Shown here: positions 1 to 12,503 of the stretch, one piece after another
How positions within the stretch are numbered: position 1 is the first letter of the stretch
Layout of the letters: each line of letters opens with the position of its first letter
Origin: Octopus vulgaris
Taxonomy: Eukaryota
Direction: 5' to 3'
Assembly (NCBI GenBank): GCA_951406725.2
Contig: OX597814.1
Location: 188,046,001 to 188,110,000, forward strand
Length of the DNA stretch: 64,000 bases
Translations under genes and position numbers: made by a program
Notes under the pieces: generated by a model
What the model was told of the DNA's origin: nothing
The model's input: the letters and a program-made list of their open reading frames with translations, nothing else
Databases searched by the model: none

Positions 1-105
1 GAAAAGATGAAATGTAAAGACGACCTCGGCGAAATTTGAACTCAGAACGCAAGATCTGACGAAATGCCGTTAAGAGTTTTGTCGGTAGTGTTAACGATTC
101 TGCCA
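1..105 (-). mobile_element. SINE family A, partial (cut by window edge)
   Basis: gacctcggcgaaatttgaactcagaacg...gttaacgattctgcca is the reverse complement of the family A tRNA-like head. Confidence 0.75.
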
Positions 106-287
106 ATTATACCAATGTAGTAGGGTGGTTTTCGTCGTTTCTTAGGGCGCAGAAGTCTTTAGTTTTGTATACGCATGTCTGTGTGTTTGCACGTGTAGAT
201 GCGTTGTACTCACGCAAACACACATGCACGAACAAGCGCATGCATTTTTGTACACACGTACGCGTGGTGTTTGCATATGTCTATATA

Positions 288-452
288 TACTCTTTTACTC
301 GTTTCAGTCATTAGACTGTGGCCATGCTGGAGCACCGCCTTTAGTCGAGCAAATCGCCCCCAGGACTTATTCTTTGTAAGCCTAGTACTTATTCTATCGG
401 GCTCGTTTGCCGAACCGCTAAGTTACGGGGACGTAAACACACACACACACAT

Positions 453-491
<39 letters not shown>

Positions 492-663
492 CATATATAC
501 GACGGGCTTCTTTCAGTTTCCGTCTACCAAATTCACTCACAAGGCTTTGGTCGGCCCAAGGCTATAGTAGAAGACAGTTGCCCAAGGTGCCACGCAGTGG
601 ACTGAACCCGGAACCATGTGGTTTGGTAAGCAACCTACTTACCACACAGCCACTCCTACACCT
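288..663 (-). mobile_element. SINE family B (tRNA head + CORE-like domain + internal microsatellite)
   Basis: Reverse complement of ggXgtaggagtggctgtgtggtaag...ggcaccttgggcaa...ccagcatggcc.cagtc.aatgactgaaac; near-identical to copies at 6658, 18170, 49766 and 61406. Confidence 0.88.
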
Positions 664-681
664 AGCTACTTACCACACAAC

Positions 682-820
682 AGGTACTTAATTTATCGAC
701 TCCAAAGGATGAAAGACTAAATCGGCTTCAACGGAATTTGAACCCAGAACGTAAAGAGGGATGAAATTTCGTCAAGCATCTTGTTCGGCATGCCAATGAT
801 GCTGCTACTCTCCGCCTTAC
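682..820 (-). mobile_element. SINE family A, diverged
   Basis: ggtacttaatttatcgac...ggaatttgaacccagaacg motif. Confidence 0.75.
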
Positions 821-991
821 AACAACTCCAAAATATTAACAGGTGAAATCTGACTGAGACCGCAAAAAACCCGTAATAACGCAAAGCCTTTTCGTCGGCT
901 CTCTAACGCTTTAGCAGATACACTATACTGAAGACCGCTTTCTCGTCTTACTTTAGATACAACAATAGGAAACAAGCATGAGAATACTTAC

Positions 992-1102
992 CACAATCAT
1001 ATTGCCATTTTCTATCCTCCGAATAATATGCATCTCGGCACCTTGTAGACTCTCTCCCGTATGTTTCTCAACGAATTTATCTCCATCAGCTGTAATGATA
1101 CT
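992..1102 (-). CDS. Internal coding exon of a fatty-acid-binding protein (FABP/iLBP)-like gene, matching FABP exon 3
   Basis: Minus strand: acceptor ttttcttttgcag|AGT, donor GTG|gtaagt; 111 nt, phase 0/0, open. Translates SIITADGDKFVEKHTGESLQGAEMHIIRRIENGNMIV, resembling FABP exon 3 (SIVTLDGGKLVH...TTLVRELIDGKLIL). No other exons identified in the window. Confidence 0.72.
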
Positions 1103-1121
1103 CTGCAAAAGAAAATGCAAG

Positions 1122-1190
<69 letters not shown>
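1122..1190. repeat. (ATT)n microsatellite / LINE tail
   Basis: Perfect ATT run abutting the 3' end of an R4/Dong-like remnant. Confidence 0.95.
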
Positions 1191-1520
1191 TCATGTTTGA
1201 TTTTTGCTTTACGTTTGTACAAGTTGGCTCCAAGTCTCACCCAGAGACCTCAAGAGACAACAAGTTGGAAGTTCATGTTGGTGTTATGCCTAGGGTGCCA
1301 TATATTTCGTTTTGTACATAGTGTTGTTCTAGAGAATGTTTAAGAAACCATAAGAAAATTATGTTTGTTTTAAAACTTGAGATTACATAGAAAGTATTTT
1401 GCGTAGGATATGAGCAGTTCCCATGAGCACTATCTTTAGAATTTATACCATTTTGGGGTTTTCTGGTATTTGAGCTAGGTAGCTATCAGCTCCTTTTGCT
1501 ATCATTCCCAGGGCACCTAT
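1191..1520 (-). mobile_element. 3' end of R4/Dong-like non-LTR retrotransposon (REL-endonuclease C-terminus + 3'UTR)
   Basis: Minus-strand IIGALGMIAKGADSYLAQIPENPKM...IVLMGTAHILRKILSM*; flanked by (ATT)n/(GTT)n; close copy at 20760-21172. Confidence 0.8.
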
Positions 1521-1524
1521 TATT

Positions 1525-1632
<108 letters not shown>

Positions 1633-2713
1633 TCAAGTTGGAAGTTATATAAGGAAATCATAATGTCCGTATTTATTCTCAAAGTATTTGTATTTGTTTG
1701 CCAAACGAAACTTGAAACATATTCTAAAACGTAAACCTGTTTCGAGACGTACATTATTAGAATGCTATTATATTTCCTATGATTCATGTATTCTCTTCAG
1801 GAAAATATGTAATTAGTTGCATCTAGATATGAGCCAACACTTTACGGTGGAAATTAGCAATGCGGGTTCAAATCTCGATCGAGCTAATTCCCTCAACACT
1901 TTCAGTCTACGGTCTCAATAATTTCCATCTCAGTAATTTCTCTCAGCTATTTCCATCCGTGGTCCACAACATTGAGAGGGATGGATTTCACCATTCTGAA
2001 ATGTTATTGACATTATATAAATAACGCCTTAGTTGGTCACCAAATAGCAAGCGAGCTAATGAAGGAGCGGGCTTTGAGGTCATTCGACTTGCTATAATTC
2101 GCAGCCAAATTCCCGTCAACGAACACCCTACAGTCTTATAAAAGTGAAGACAAACTGGATAATGTAGTCTTAACTACATTATATAACAAAACAATATGCT
2201 CATGATTGGATGAGCTTTGATCAGGTATGTTGATTCAAAGTTGACAAAGAACTATATTAAAACAACAGCTAAACGACTATTGCAAGGAAATATTGAAAAT
2301 TCCAATGTTCACGACTTTCTCCAGGAAAATGTCTCGCATAGGTATCATTGCAAATGCCAGAGATGCACCAGCAGTCGCCCAGAAAACGATTCTGTAACTC
2401 TGTTTCAATGTTCTTTCAAAACTAGTAAACCCCATTTACGAAAGGCATGGAAGTCGCAATTTCCTACTTCCTCCGTGAGATAGAATTTAAGAGATTTGTG
2501 CCCTGTCAACAATATTCTTACAATGGTGAGGAATTCCAATGGTCCCGAGAATAAAATACTAGCTTGTTATTGAGTGTAGATTCGCACATCTTCACTTACA
2601 AAATATTTACTTGTGACAGGTTTCTCTGAATCAAAATCGCATTTCGTGACTTGCCTAATATGAGTTAGGAATGAAGTGAGCATATTTCATTTTTCTACAA
2701 CTAGAGAATGGGA

Positions 2714-2847
2714 TCATCCATGCATCCTTCCATCCATCCATCCATCCATCCATCCATCCATCCATCCATCCGTTCATCCATCCATCCACCCATCCATCCA
2801 TCCAACCATCCGTTCATCCATCCATCCATCCATCCATCCATCCATCC
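2714..2847. repeat. (CCAT)n microsatellite
   Basis: Direct reading. Confidence 0.95.
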
Positions 2848-4786
2848 GTTTTCTCCGGCTATTATTCCTGAGAGGATCGTAGAACTAGATTCCTCAGATG
2901 ACTCCTTCACAGGGTCCTAGCAGAAGCAACTGAAGCTATGGATATCATCCAACCATCCCGTTCTTGGTCTGGGTATAGATCTCTCACCGGGTGGCTCGAC
3001 TTGAAGAATCCGTTTTGCGAGTCTTTCCTGCAACATTCTAATGACAAGTCCGTAGTTCCGGAGCTATGACCTCAGGAGTATTAGTGTAATAATTAAAGGA
3101 AGTTGTCTTCAACCAGAAAGCGAAACCAGTCCGCGCTTTGCTTCGGTTTATCGAAACCTTATTTTTTTGCCCCAAAATGAATTTTACCGATTGCATCAAC
3201 AACTTCAGTAAACAATCAATGCACGCCATTTTCTGCATTTCATTTCTCCATATTAGCCGTTTCCGCGTTTCATTTATCTAAATTTTCAAATTTCACGGTG
3301 AAGCAAATTTCTTGATTTCGAAAATGGGAAAATCCTTTTAATTGTTTAAAATACATCTATTCTAACAGATGACGAAGATAAAGGGGGAAAAGTAAGGTAA
3401 AATTAATGGAAAAAGGAAAAAAAAACAAACAAAAAAAAAACGATACAGAGGAAGAAACGGTATGGCAGAACCAGAGAGTGAGGGATATGGAAAAAAACCC
3501 CCCCAGAAAAGAAAGAGTAGTCGACAAGGTTGGGGGCGGAAGAAGAAAACGATTAGAAAAAGATGGAGTAGAAAAATATGCACAAAAAAGAAAAAAGATG
3601 AGAAGAAATAAGAAGAAAAAGTGGAAGAGAGAAAGGAAGATAAAGACGAAGAAAAGTGGTAAGTCCTATAACGTTTCCTCTTCTACTTGATAAACTCAAA
3701 TGAGGTGATGAACAATGGGTAAAGAAGTGAGGGAAGAAAGAAAAGAAGAGACGAAGGAAGTGGAAGAAGAGATAGTCCGCTATGATGAAACAACACTTCT
3801 TTCTATTTATAGTTTCGATCATTTGATTTTATTGGAGTTATCTCCCATGCTTGTTGTTCTTAGATTTTAAAGACTACCAGCTAAATGTGCGTCTCAAAGA
3901 CGAGTCTTTCTTATTAGGAAATGATGGATTCTCCTGTCGTAAACGACTAACGAGGGTTTCGCAATTCCTTGCTAACAACCTACATAGATGATTTGTTTTA
4001 TAGTGGTCAAATTTTTTGCTGCATATTAGCCCACCCGCTCCATCAAATCAACATTGCCTGTAGAGACGCCCGGTGTGCTAAACGTAAGATGTCTACAAGA
4101 TCGCAGACCAACGTGAAATGAAATGATTTGCTTATGAGCACAGCACCACCGCTCAATCCAGGAATCAAACCCACAATCTTGCAATCGTGAGTACAGCACC
4201 TTAACTACGAGGCCAAATAGGTTAGTATAGATGTCAGATAAGTCAGCATCGAATCAACGACGCCAAATAGGCGGCACCGAAACGGCTGTGCCTAAACGTC
4301 TCATAGCCGTTCATCTTCTCTTTCCAGAACGTTGTCCCTCTATAAATTCACCCTACATCTGTCTTTCCAGAAAATCATTGGCCTGCAACAGCTTAAGCGG
4401 AACACATATGGCATCAACCGCAACCTCACTGATCTAGGAAGACCTGTGAAGACCATGGATATACACAACTCCGCATACAGACCAAACTAATACAAATAAA
4501 TAAATAAAGAAGTTAATCGATGTTTTTCCGTCCACCATATCATATATTTTATACTTATTACATATCTGTAATTAATATGCGGAATACCCATATGAGGTAG
4601 CTTCTCTCAACCTTATTGACGATATTCATAATTAGCGTCACTTCACTTCTCTAACCTGCAAATCTCTCTGCACGCAAGTTAAGATTGTATTATGCAGTCT
4701 TATGATGCAACAAATTCAAAATAATTTGAATCGTGCAATTGACCCACTTGAGTTATTTCTCATAGCTCTTTGTATATATACATATT

Positions 4787-4932
4787 GGGGCTGGCCAGAT
4801 TGGAGCAATCTCAAGATTAATCAACCGAAATTGTGAGGATGATCAGGTTCTTGACTGAAGATTGAAGGCTTCGAACTGTGTTTTTGTATCGTCTTCTGAA
4901 TGTTTTGCGTTCTTGTCCCATTTTGTATTTTT
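4787..4932 (+). mobile_element. Short (TA)n-associated repeat family P1 (other copies 30148-30335, 37418-37636)
   Basis: Shared ggctggccagat.ggagcaatctc...ccgaaattg...gactgaNga...cgaa...gttttgcgttcttgtcc; ends at TA runs. Confidence 0.7.
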
Positions 4933-4971
4933 ATATATATATATGTATAGCGGCGTATGTACCCTTTGTTC

Positions 4972-5057
<86 letters not shown>

Positions 5058-5449
5058 GTATGTATGTATGTATGTATGTATGTATGTATGTATGTATGTA
5101 TTTCTCCCTCTCCCTCTCTCTCTCTCTATCTATATTTAGTGGTGCTACGTCATAAATATCTGGTTACTCCCACAGAAAGACGGCTGCCGTTAACGTGTTA
5201 ATTCTCAACTGAACGACTACCGAACTACTTACTAACCCGCATCAATACCCCCAACCATACAAGCAGCTTGCAGACATAGTGGCAACAGTTTCATGCGAAC
5301 ATCCTGTCCGAGCGCGTGGGCCAAAGAATAAAGAAAAAAGAACTGATGTCGCTTTTGGACCAATAACACCACATGACCTGAGTTGACCAACAGGGCCTAA
5401 CATCAAGAAGCTATCTTCAATTTGTCTCAAATCGTATTACTCTTCTCTC

Positions 5450-5507
5450 GTTACCTGATGAGGTGGGCTTGTCCCACGAGCCCGCGAAACTTGAAATCGT
5501 ATGTAGC
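5450..5507 (+). ncRNA. Hammerhead ribozyme-like motif (type I, long stem II)
   Basis: CTGATGA 5455-61; 10-bp stem II gtgggcttgt/ccc/acgagcccgc; GAAAC 5486-90; GTA 5499-5501; stem I gttac/gtagc with one extra nt. Confidence 0.55.
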
Positions 5508-5541
5508 TGAGTCAAGCTATTATTAAACAACAACAACAACA

Positions 5542-5627
<86 letters not shown>

Positions 5628-5778
5628 TCTAGCAAAAACTGTCCGACGAACGGGAACGTGAAACTCAGAGTAACAGGTTTTGTTGAATTTTCTGCTGCTT
5701 TAAATAAAGCATATTACTCTACCACTGGTATTTGAGTACTCTTTTTTCCACCTTGTTTCACATTTATGTGTTTACTGC

Positions 5779-5780
<2 letters not shown>
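5628..5780 (+). mobile_element. Hammerhead-headed short element (family H1) between TA arrays
   Basis: Ribozyme fold at 5' end, AATAAA at about 5703, body homologous to 13540-13690 (minus); TA runs on both sides. Confidence 0.65.
5631..5684 (+). ncRNA. Type I hammerhead ribozyme fold with a U4C core substitution
   Basis: Stem I agcaaaaactgt/acaggttttgtt (11/12 pairs); core CCGACGA; stem II acg-GGAA-cgt; GAAA; stem III actc-a-gagt; GUA site. Confidence 0.7.
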
Positions 5781-5830
<50 letters not shown>

Positions 5831-6129
5831 CATCTGTGTGTGTGTGTACATGTGCATGTCTATATACATACACACGAATATATATACGTGTGTATGCGTG
5901 TGTTTGAGTGTGGTGGTGGAATTGTTGTGTGCGTGTGTGTATATACCATCTAATGCTGCCTGGTTGCCAAAATTGCAAAACTTTGCAAAATAGAATCAAC
6001 CAAATATTAAACTACTCTCGAACGTTATACTTCGGCAGCCATCATTCTTGCATAAGAATACGTAATACCAAATGAAGTCCTCTGAAAGCAGGAGTTGTAC
6101 AATCTCTGCGCAAGTTTGTTTCAAATACC

Positions 6130-6257
6130 TTTTCTACTTTAGGCACAAGGCTCGAAATTTTTGGGGAGGGGGCCAATCGATTAGATCGACCCCAGTACTC
6201 AACTGGCTCTTAATTTATCGACCCCGAAAGGATGAGAGGCAAAGCTGACCTCGGAGG
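6130..6257 (-). mobile_element. 5'-truncated SINE family A with target-site duplication
   Basis: aagtttgtttcaaatacc before and aagtttgtttcaaatgcc after (18 bp, 1 mismatch). Confidence 0.85.
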
Positions 6258-6321
6258 AAGTTTGTTTCAAATGCCACCGAAACGGAGAGCATAATTTCCT
6301 CTTTAGTTGTACTGCATTTAC

Positions 6322-6542
6322 AAGCTGGCAAGCTGGCAGGATCGTTAGAGCGCCGGGCAACATACTTAAAGGCATTTCATCCGTCTTCAATGTCCTGAGT
6401 TCAAATTCCGCCGCAGTCGACTTTGCCTTTCATCTTTCGGGTTCGATAAAATAAGTACTAGTTGAGCACTGGAGGTGAGGTGGGTGGGCGTCGATGTAAT
6501 CGACTTAACCACTAATCTGCTATTTTTGTGTCAAAATTTGAA
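6322..6542 (+). mobile_element. SINE family A
   Basis: A-box-like gctggcaggatcgttag, B-box gagttcaaattc, gactttgcctttcatc body. Confidence 0.85.
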
Positions 6543-6657
6543 ATTTATATATATACACACACATATATATATGTGTGTGTCGGTATGAAACTATTCATGC
6601 TTGTATGTATACATGCGCTTTATTTTAAATTTTTGTTAGTATATGTACTAATATATA

Positions 6658-7058
6658 GGCGTAGGAGTGGCTGTGTGGTAAGTAGCTTGCTTACGAACCA
6701 CATAGTTCCGGGTTCAATCCCACTGCGTGGCACCTTGGGTAAGTGTCTTTTACTATAGCCTCGAGCTAACCAAAGCCTTGTGAGTGGATTTGGTAGACGG
6801 AAACTGGAAGAAGCCTATCGTACATATGTATATATATATGTATGTGTATATATATGTTTGTGTGTCTGTGTTTGTCCCCCCAACATCGCTTGACAACCGA
6901 TGCTGGTGTGTTTACGTCCCCGTAACTTAGCGGTTCGGTAAAAGATACCGATAGAATAAGTACTAGGCTTCCAAAGAATAAGTCTTGGGGTCGATTTGCT
7001 CGACTATAGGCGGTGCTCCAGCATGGCGGCAGTCAAATGACTGAAACAAGTAAAAGAA
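6658..7058 (+). mobile_element. SINE family B, full length
   Basis: A box tggctgtgtggt, B box gggttcaatcc, CORE-like ggcaccttgggtaagtgtctt, internal TA/TG tract. Confidence 0.9.
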
Positions 7059-7619
7059 TTACTTTACTTCATTTATCTATGCGTCTGCGTGTGTGTGCCT
7101 GTCATTCTAGCTCTCCCGTTCAGCCATCTTTCTGCTTGCTTGTTTAATTGCCTGTTAACTTGTTACACTTGAACAATAAACAATCTTACCACTAGAAACG
7201 GTAATAGTTTCTTCATAATTACGGAAAGATACATACGGTAGTTACGTATGTATGTAGAAACAGAGTGAAATATAGATAGATAGAAAAAATAGACACATAG
7301 GAGCTATGGAGAAAGAACGTTAGGTTTTGGTAAGAAAGACGTAAATGTGCGCAACTGACAATCAAGATGAGCAGAAAGAAAATGATTAAAGAAAGAGAGA
7401 GAATGTTGTGAGAGATGACGAGAGATAAGGAGAAGTAATGAGCGAAAAATATAACGTGAATGAACACAATAAAAGGTGTAGGAGAGCAATATGGGTGGGA
7501 GAAACAGAGAGAGACGGATTCGTTTCTTAAGCATTCATATTTTCAAAGACAAAATTTAGAAAAAAAAAAATTATTCTGACAAGAACATCTATGTCTTATC
7601 TTTGTCTTATCCACCGCCT

Positions 7620-7695
<76 letters not shown>

Positions 7696-7829
7696 GTAAA
7701 TATATATACTTGGAAATGGATGCGTGGCGTTCATTCAAATAATAATATAAATAATATATATATATATATATATATATATTTTACTTGTTTCAGTCATTTG
7801 ACTGCGGCCATGCTGGAGCACCGCCTTTA

Positions 7830-7878
<49 letters not shown>

Positions 7879-7884
<6 letters not shown>

Positions 7885-7887
7885 TAC

Positions 7888-7926
<39 letters not shown>

Positions 7927-8015
7927 TTTTTAAAATACAAATAAATGAAAGAATGGAGTTGAACGACGAATTAACAAAATTCCTTTATTTTATTTTCGAC
8001 ATATGTTTCGAAGGC

Positions 8016-8063
<48 letters not shown>

Positions 8064-8152
8064 GCCTTCGAAACATATGTCGAAAATAAAATAAAGGAAT
8101 TTTGTTAATTCGTCGTTCAACTCCATTCTTTCATTTATTTGTATTTTAAAAA

Positions 8153-8197
<45 letters not shown>

Positions 8198-8206
8198 GTA
8201 TATATG
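7879..8206. repeat. Long palindrome centred on (AT)n
   Basis: Unique arms 7921-8018 and 8061-8158 are exact reverse complements; symmetry extends through the flanking TA tracts. Confidence 0.92.
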
Positions 8207-8234
8207 CTTATATATATATATATATATATATATA

Positions 8235-8350
<116 letters not shown>

Positions 8351-8535
8351 TGGGAACAGGACATACAGCGTCGTTCAATGCTCGAAATGAAGAATAGATG
8401 GACAACCGACAACTGATGAAGGGTCATTCTTTGTGTTACTTGTCCTGTTTTCCATTTGTTTCTCTCGTTGTTTGCGTATTCAACTCTTTTGTTTTCGTAT
8501 TTCATGTTGTTTACTTTTGTGACGTCCTGTACCCA
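8351..8535 (+). mobile_element. Short (TA)n-embedded element family P2 with inverted termini (related copy 54441-54600)
   Basis: tgggaacaggacat ... acgtcctgtaccca inverted ends; shared cgaaatg...gacaactgaNgaaggg with the 54441 copy. Confidence 0.65.
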
Positions 8536-8549
8536 TATATGCGTATCTA

Positions 8550-8678
8550 TAGCGGTTCGGCAAAAAGAGATCGATAGAATAAGTACTGGGCTTACAAAGA
8601 ATAAGTTCCGGGGTCGATTTGCTCGACTAAAGGCGGTGCTCCAGCATGGCCGCAGTCAAATGACTGAAACAAGTAAAA
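8550..8678 (+). mobile_element. SINE family B 3' half (inverted partner fragment at 7779-7830)
   Basis: agcggttcggcaaaaag...gactgaaacaagtaaaa. Confidence 0.85.
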
Positions 8679-8724
<46 letters not shown>

Positions 8725-8797
8725 TATATATATATTATATATATATATACACAAACAGGCACACACGCATATAATTCCCCATCTTTTTCAGGGATCT

Positions 8798-8836
<39 letters not shown>

Positions 8837-8850
8837 AGGGAGAGAGAGAC

Positions 8851-8885
<35 letters not shown>

Positions 8886-9928
8886 GAGAGAGAGAGGAGG
8901 AAAACGAAGCTTTAAATGATGTATACTCCTGATGTCTTTGGACTAATATGGTTTGTGTGTGCATGTTTGTGTGTGTGTTTGAGTATGAACCAAATTCAGT
9001 AAGGCACACATACACAACACACACTAGGACTGCTGCCGAATGCCTGGTCAAGTATAAATGTATGTATGTATGTATGTATGTATGTATGTTTGTTTGTTAA
9101 CAGCATGGTATCACTCAGTGGCAGTCTACAGCGGATGGGTGTTGTAAATTGAAGGACAGGCGTAACTGAGGATGAAGGGGCTCATTATATCATGTTACCA
9201 ACACTTCTATGGAATATAAAATGCGTCTCTTCCACTAGAACATGAACCAGAACGAAGCAAGTAAATAAAATACATAAAGACTATTATACACTTCTGCCCC
9301 CGACGAACCTCCTTCTTGCCAACATAAACATATATAAACGCGCGAGCGTACACACACACACACATACACACGTGAATATACGTACCCTTACATACCAAAT
9401 TAAATTAAACAAACCAAGTACTTGTTGAATGCTTTGCGGATGGGAATTTTACTGCAAAGAATATGGAGTTGGCCACTGAAAAGGTAATTCCATAGCAGAC
9501 ATATTGCTAGTTTCCTCGAAGTCACACATTTAAACCAATATGGACGAGAGTGACTTAGCGGTTCGGATAAAAAAAAACGACGTGAGTAACTTAGCGGTTC
9601 GAGAAGCAAAATTACTGGGCTTAAACAAATAAGTACTGGGGCTAATTTGTTCCTCTAAATCCTTCAAGGTGCTGCCCCAACATGGTCGCAGTCCAATTAC
9701 TGAAACAAGTTAAAAATAAAAGAGAAGCTCAAATATGTTTGTTACGGGGAATTGTTTCTGAAACGTTCATATTTGAAAATGCAGAATATTTGAATAAATT
9801 TTGCTCTAACAAACAAGATCATCTTAAAGATGGTATGAATTAGGAACGTCAAAATGCAGAGATTCACCACGCCACCATCTATATGCACACACACATATAT
9901 ATATATATGTATATATATATATTTCGCC

Positions 9929-10113
9929 ATGATAGATCGCTAGCCACTACACATTCTTTATTTTCTCTCCTTGTTTCTTTCTGTGTTCCTTTCTGTGGAA
10001 GAGCCTAGGCTCGAAACGTTAAAGACTTTTCACTTCCCGAGCGTTATACTAATACATCTGTTTATTGTCTACACCACCTGTCTTAGTCGTTTGTTTTTTT
10101 GTGAATTCTCCCT
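9929..10113 (+). mobile_element. Short element family H2 with minimal hammerhead-like motif (9988-10025)
   Basis: ctttCTGTGGAa-gagc-ctag-gctc-GAAACGTTaaag; flanked by TA; inverted copy at 14448-14650. Confidence 0.7.
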
Positions 10114-11832
10114 ATATATATATTTATATATAGTTATATGTACCTGTATATATATGTATATGCACATATATTTATGTATATCTTGCTATCTTTTTATCTG
10201 TCTGTATCTAATTTGAAAGTATAATTCTTTACACTATTTTCCCTTCTCTTTATGTACTCTCTCACACACACATTTATTATAACCATCTGTGTTTCATACT
10301 TAAAGTACACACGCTGTCGGTGGGCCAGCTACTGCAGTATCTGTCCTGAAATATCTCTTAAAAACACAATAAATATTAAAGAAAGACGAAAATTCATCTC
10401 AAAAGCGGCCATCGAGAGCGCCAGATGCATTTCAGCCTTTTCTAAGGACAATCACCTGACAACACTAATCAATGTGATCTTGTCTTCGTAAGGCAGTATA
10501 ATATGGCTTGGGGCATATTTTGAAACTATTGTTAGACGATCCGGTCGACCACATAGAGATTCCGTAAGTTTTTGCGTCGTGGTTGAATTTGCTTTTCAAT
10601 CCCCGAGAAGCAATAAGCTATCTTCTGATATGAAGCAATATAAAGGCAATATAAGCTATTTTCTCATAAATGTAGCTTTATATTCATAACAATATAAATA
10701 AAAGAATAAACAAAAACAAAAACAAAAAAATTAAAATCTTTTGCACACAATATTGCTATTTAGACGTTTTGCACTGATCCCTGAAACATCCCATAGAACC
10801 ATTCGTTATAATCAGATGATGATGATGGTGATAATATTTGCACTGACCTAAAGGTCGCTGCCTATCTAATCTAATTCATTCAAAGAAGAGACATTGGAGA
10901 AACAACCATGTAACAAAGCTTTATATTTATTACGAAATATAATGAGCAAATTCTCGGGTGGGGTGAATGTATGTCAAAATTCCTGGTGATTAATTTATTC
11001 GTTCAGACGTATCTTATTTTAGCATTTCCGTTTTTTCTGTTCATTGTCAAGTGCATGTATTTATGTGTGAGTATCAGAGAGAATATTTTGTGTGTGTCTG
11101 TTCTGTTTGTGTTAGCGTGTGTATGTATTTCTACTTGTATATTTATTTGTTGCCGTGTATGTACATCAGTTGTTCTTTGTATATGCATATATGTCAACAC
11201 ACCATGCAGTAAAGAAAAGCTAAAGAAAATGAAAGGTTGTTTGTGCTTCATATAAGTGGTAAGGTAATACGACAGCACATTTTTGCCAAGCCATTTTAAT
11301 CACAAGGAAAACTATCTTATAAGGAAATGGGAAATACAAGGTGTTTTTCTATCAAACGATGTCATGAGACTCCAGTGAAAACATAAACCGAAGAAGATGA
11401 AAATAAACTAATAGGATATTACAATGTTGCAATGTATCAAACAAAATCCTGTAATAATAGTAAAATAATTAAGTTTACAAAAGAATTTCTGTGTGATAGA
11501 AATCTGATAAACTATTTTGAGAATAGGAAAGATGTAAATAATTATACAAAAAAAAAAAAATTGTTGGTTTTGTTCGTCTTTCTGACAAAAACCAGAACAA
11601 TAGCATTGTGTGTGAGAGATGTTGAATTATAAAGTTACATTTATCTAAACATTTTTCTAACGATATGTGTAGACTCAAGAATTTATTTAATGCTGAATGA
11701 AAATAATATACACATGTTATAGGGTACAACATTTAACTCTTGATAGAGAAACTTTTCCGTTTAAGATTTTGTTGGACATTATGACTATAGAGATGGTGTG
11801 ACTCTATTGGCTTTTGCGTTAGAATCATTACA

Positions 11833-12111
11833 CAGAGGAATCTCGGTTTACAAAACACCTCATGAACAAATCAGTTTATAAACAATTTTTCAAACAAAAC
11901 GTTTCGGGTGACGAACTGTGTCTCGAGTAACGAACACATATGCCGGCAACAATGTTTGGTGACAATCTGGGAGTATCAGCAGGAGAGTGTCAGTTGTTGT
12001 CTAGCTCGGTGCACATACTTGCTTGAATTCGCGGTGTCTTCACTTCACGAAAATTTCGGGTGAAGAACGTCTTTCAAGAACGAATTAAATTCGCAAACCA
12101 GGGTTTCACTG
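11833..12111. mobile_element. pogo/Tigger-like MITE
   Basis: Termini cagaggaatctcggttt ... aaaccagggtttcactg|ta; homologous to 18693-18993. Confidence 0.7.
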
Positions 12112-12472
12112 TATCTCCTTGATTAACACAATTACGATTCAGATAGTTTGACATCAAACAAGGGCCATGCTATTTTCCCATGGCGAAGAGAGTGCGATGG
12201 TGGCATAGTTCTTATTGGATGGCAAAATCATATCAGACGAGCAAAGAAAGCAGATCATCCTAATCTCAGACTGCACTCTGAGGCTGATGTTATATGAATG
12301 AAACACAAACAAACGTATGCTATTACACATTATCTAACTGGGGCATGTCAGAAGTCTAGCAACTAACTCAGAGATCCTAGATTCATTCATACATACATAC
12401 ATACATACACACATACATACATACATACATACATACATACATACATACATACATACATACATACATACATAC

Positions 12473-12503
<31 letters not shown>

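Noticed and set aside
3406-3690. Lys/Arg/Glu-rich 94-aa ORF
   Set aside because: Purine-rich low-complexity tract with no splice or domain evidence
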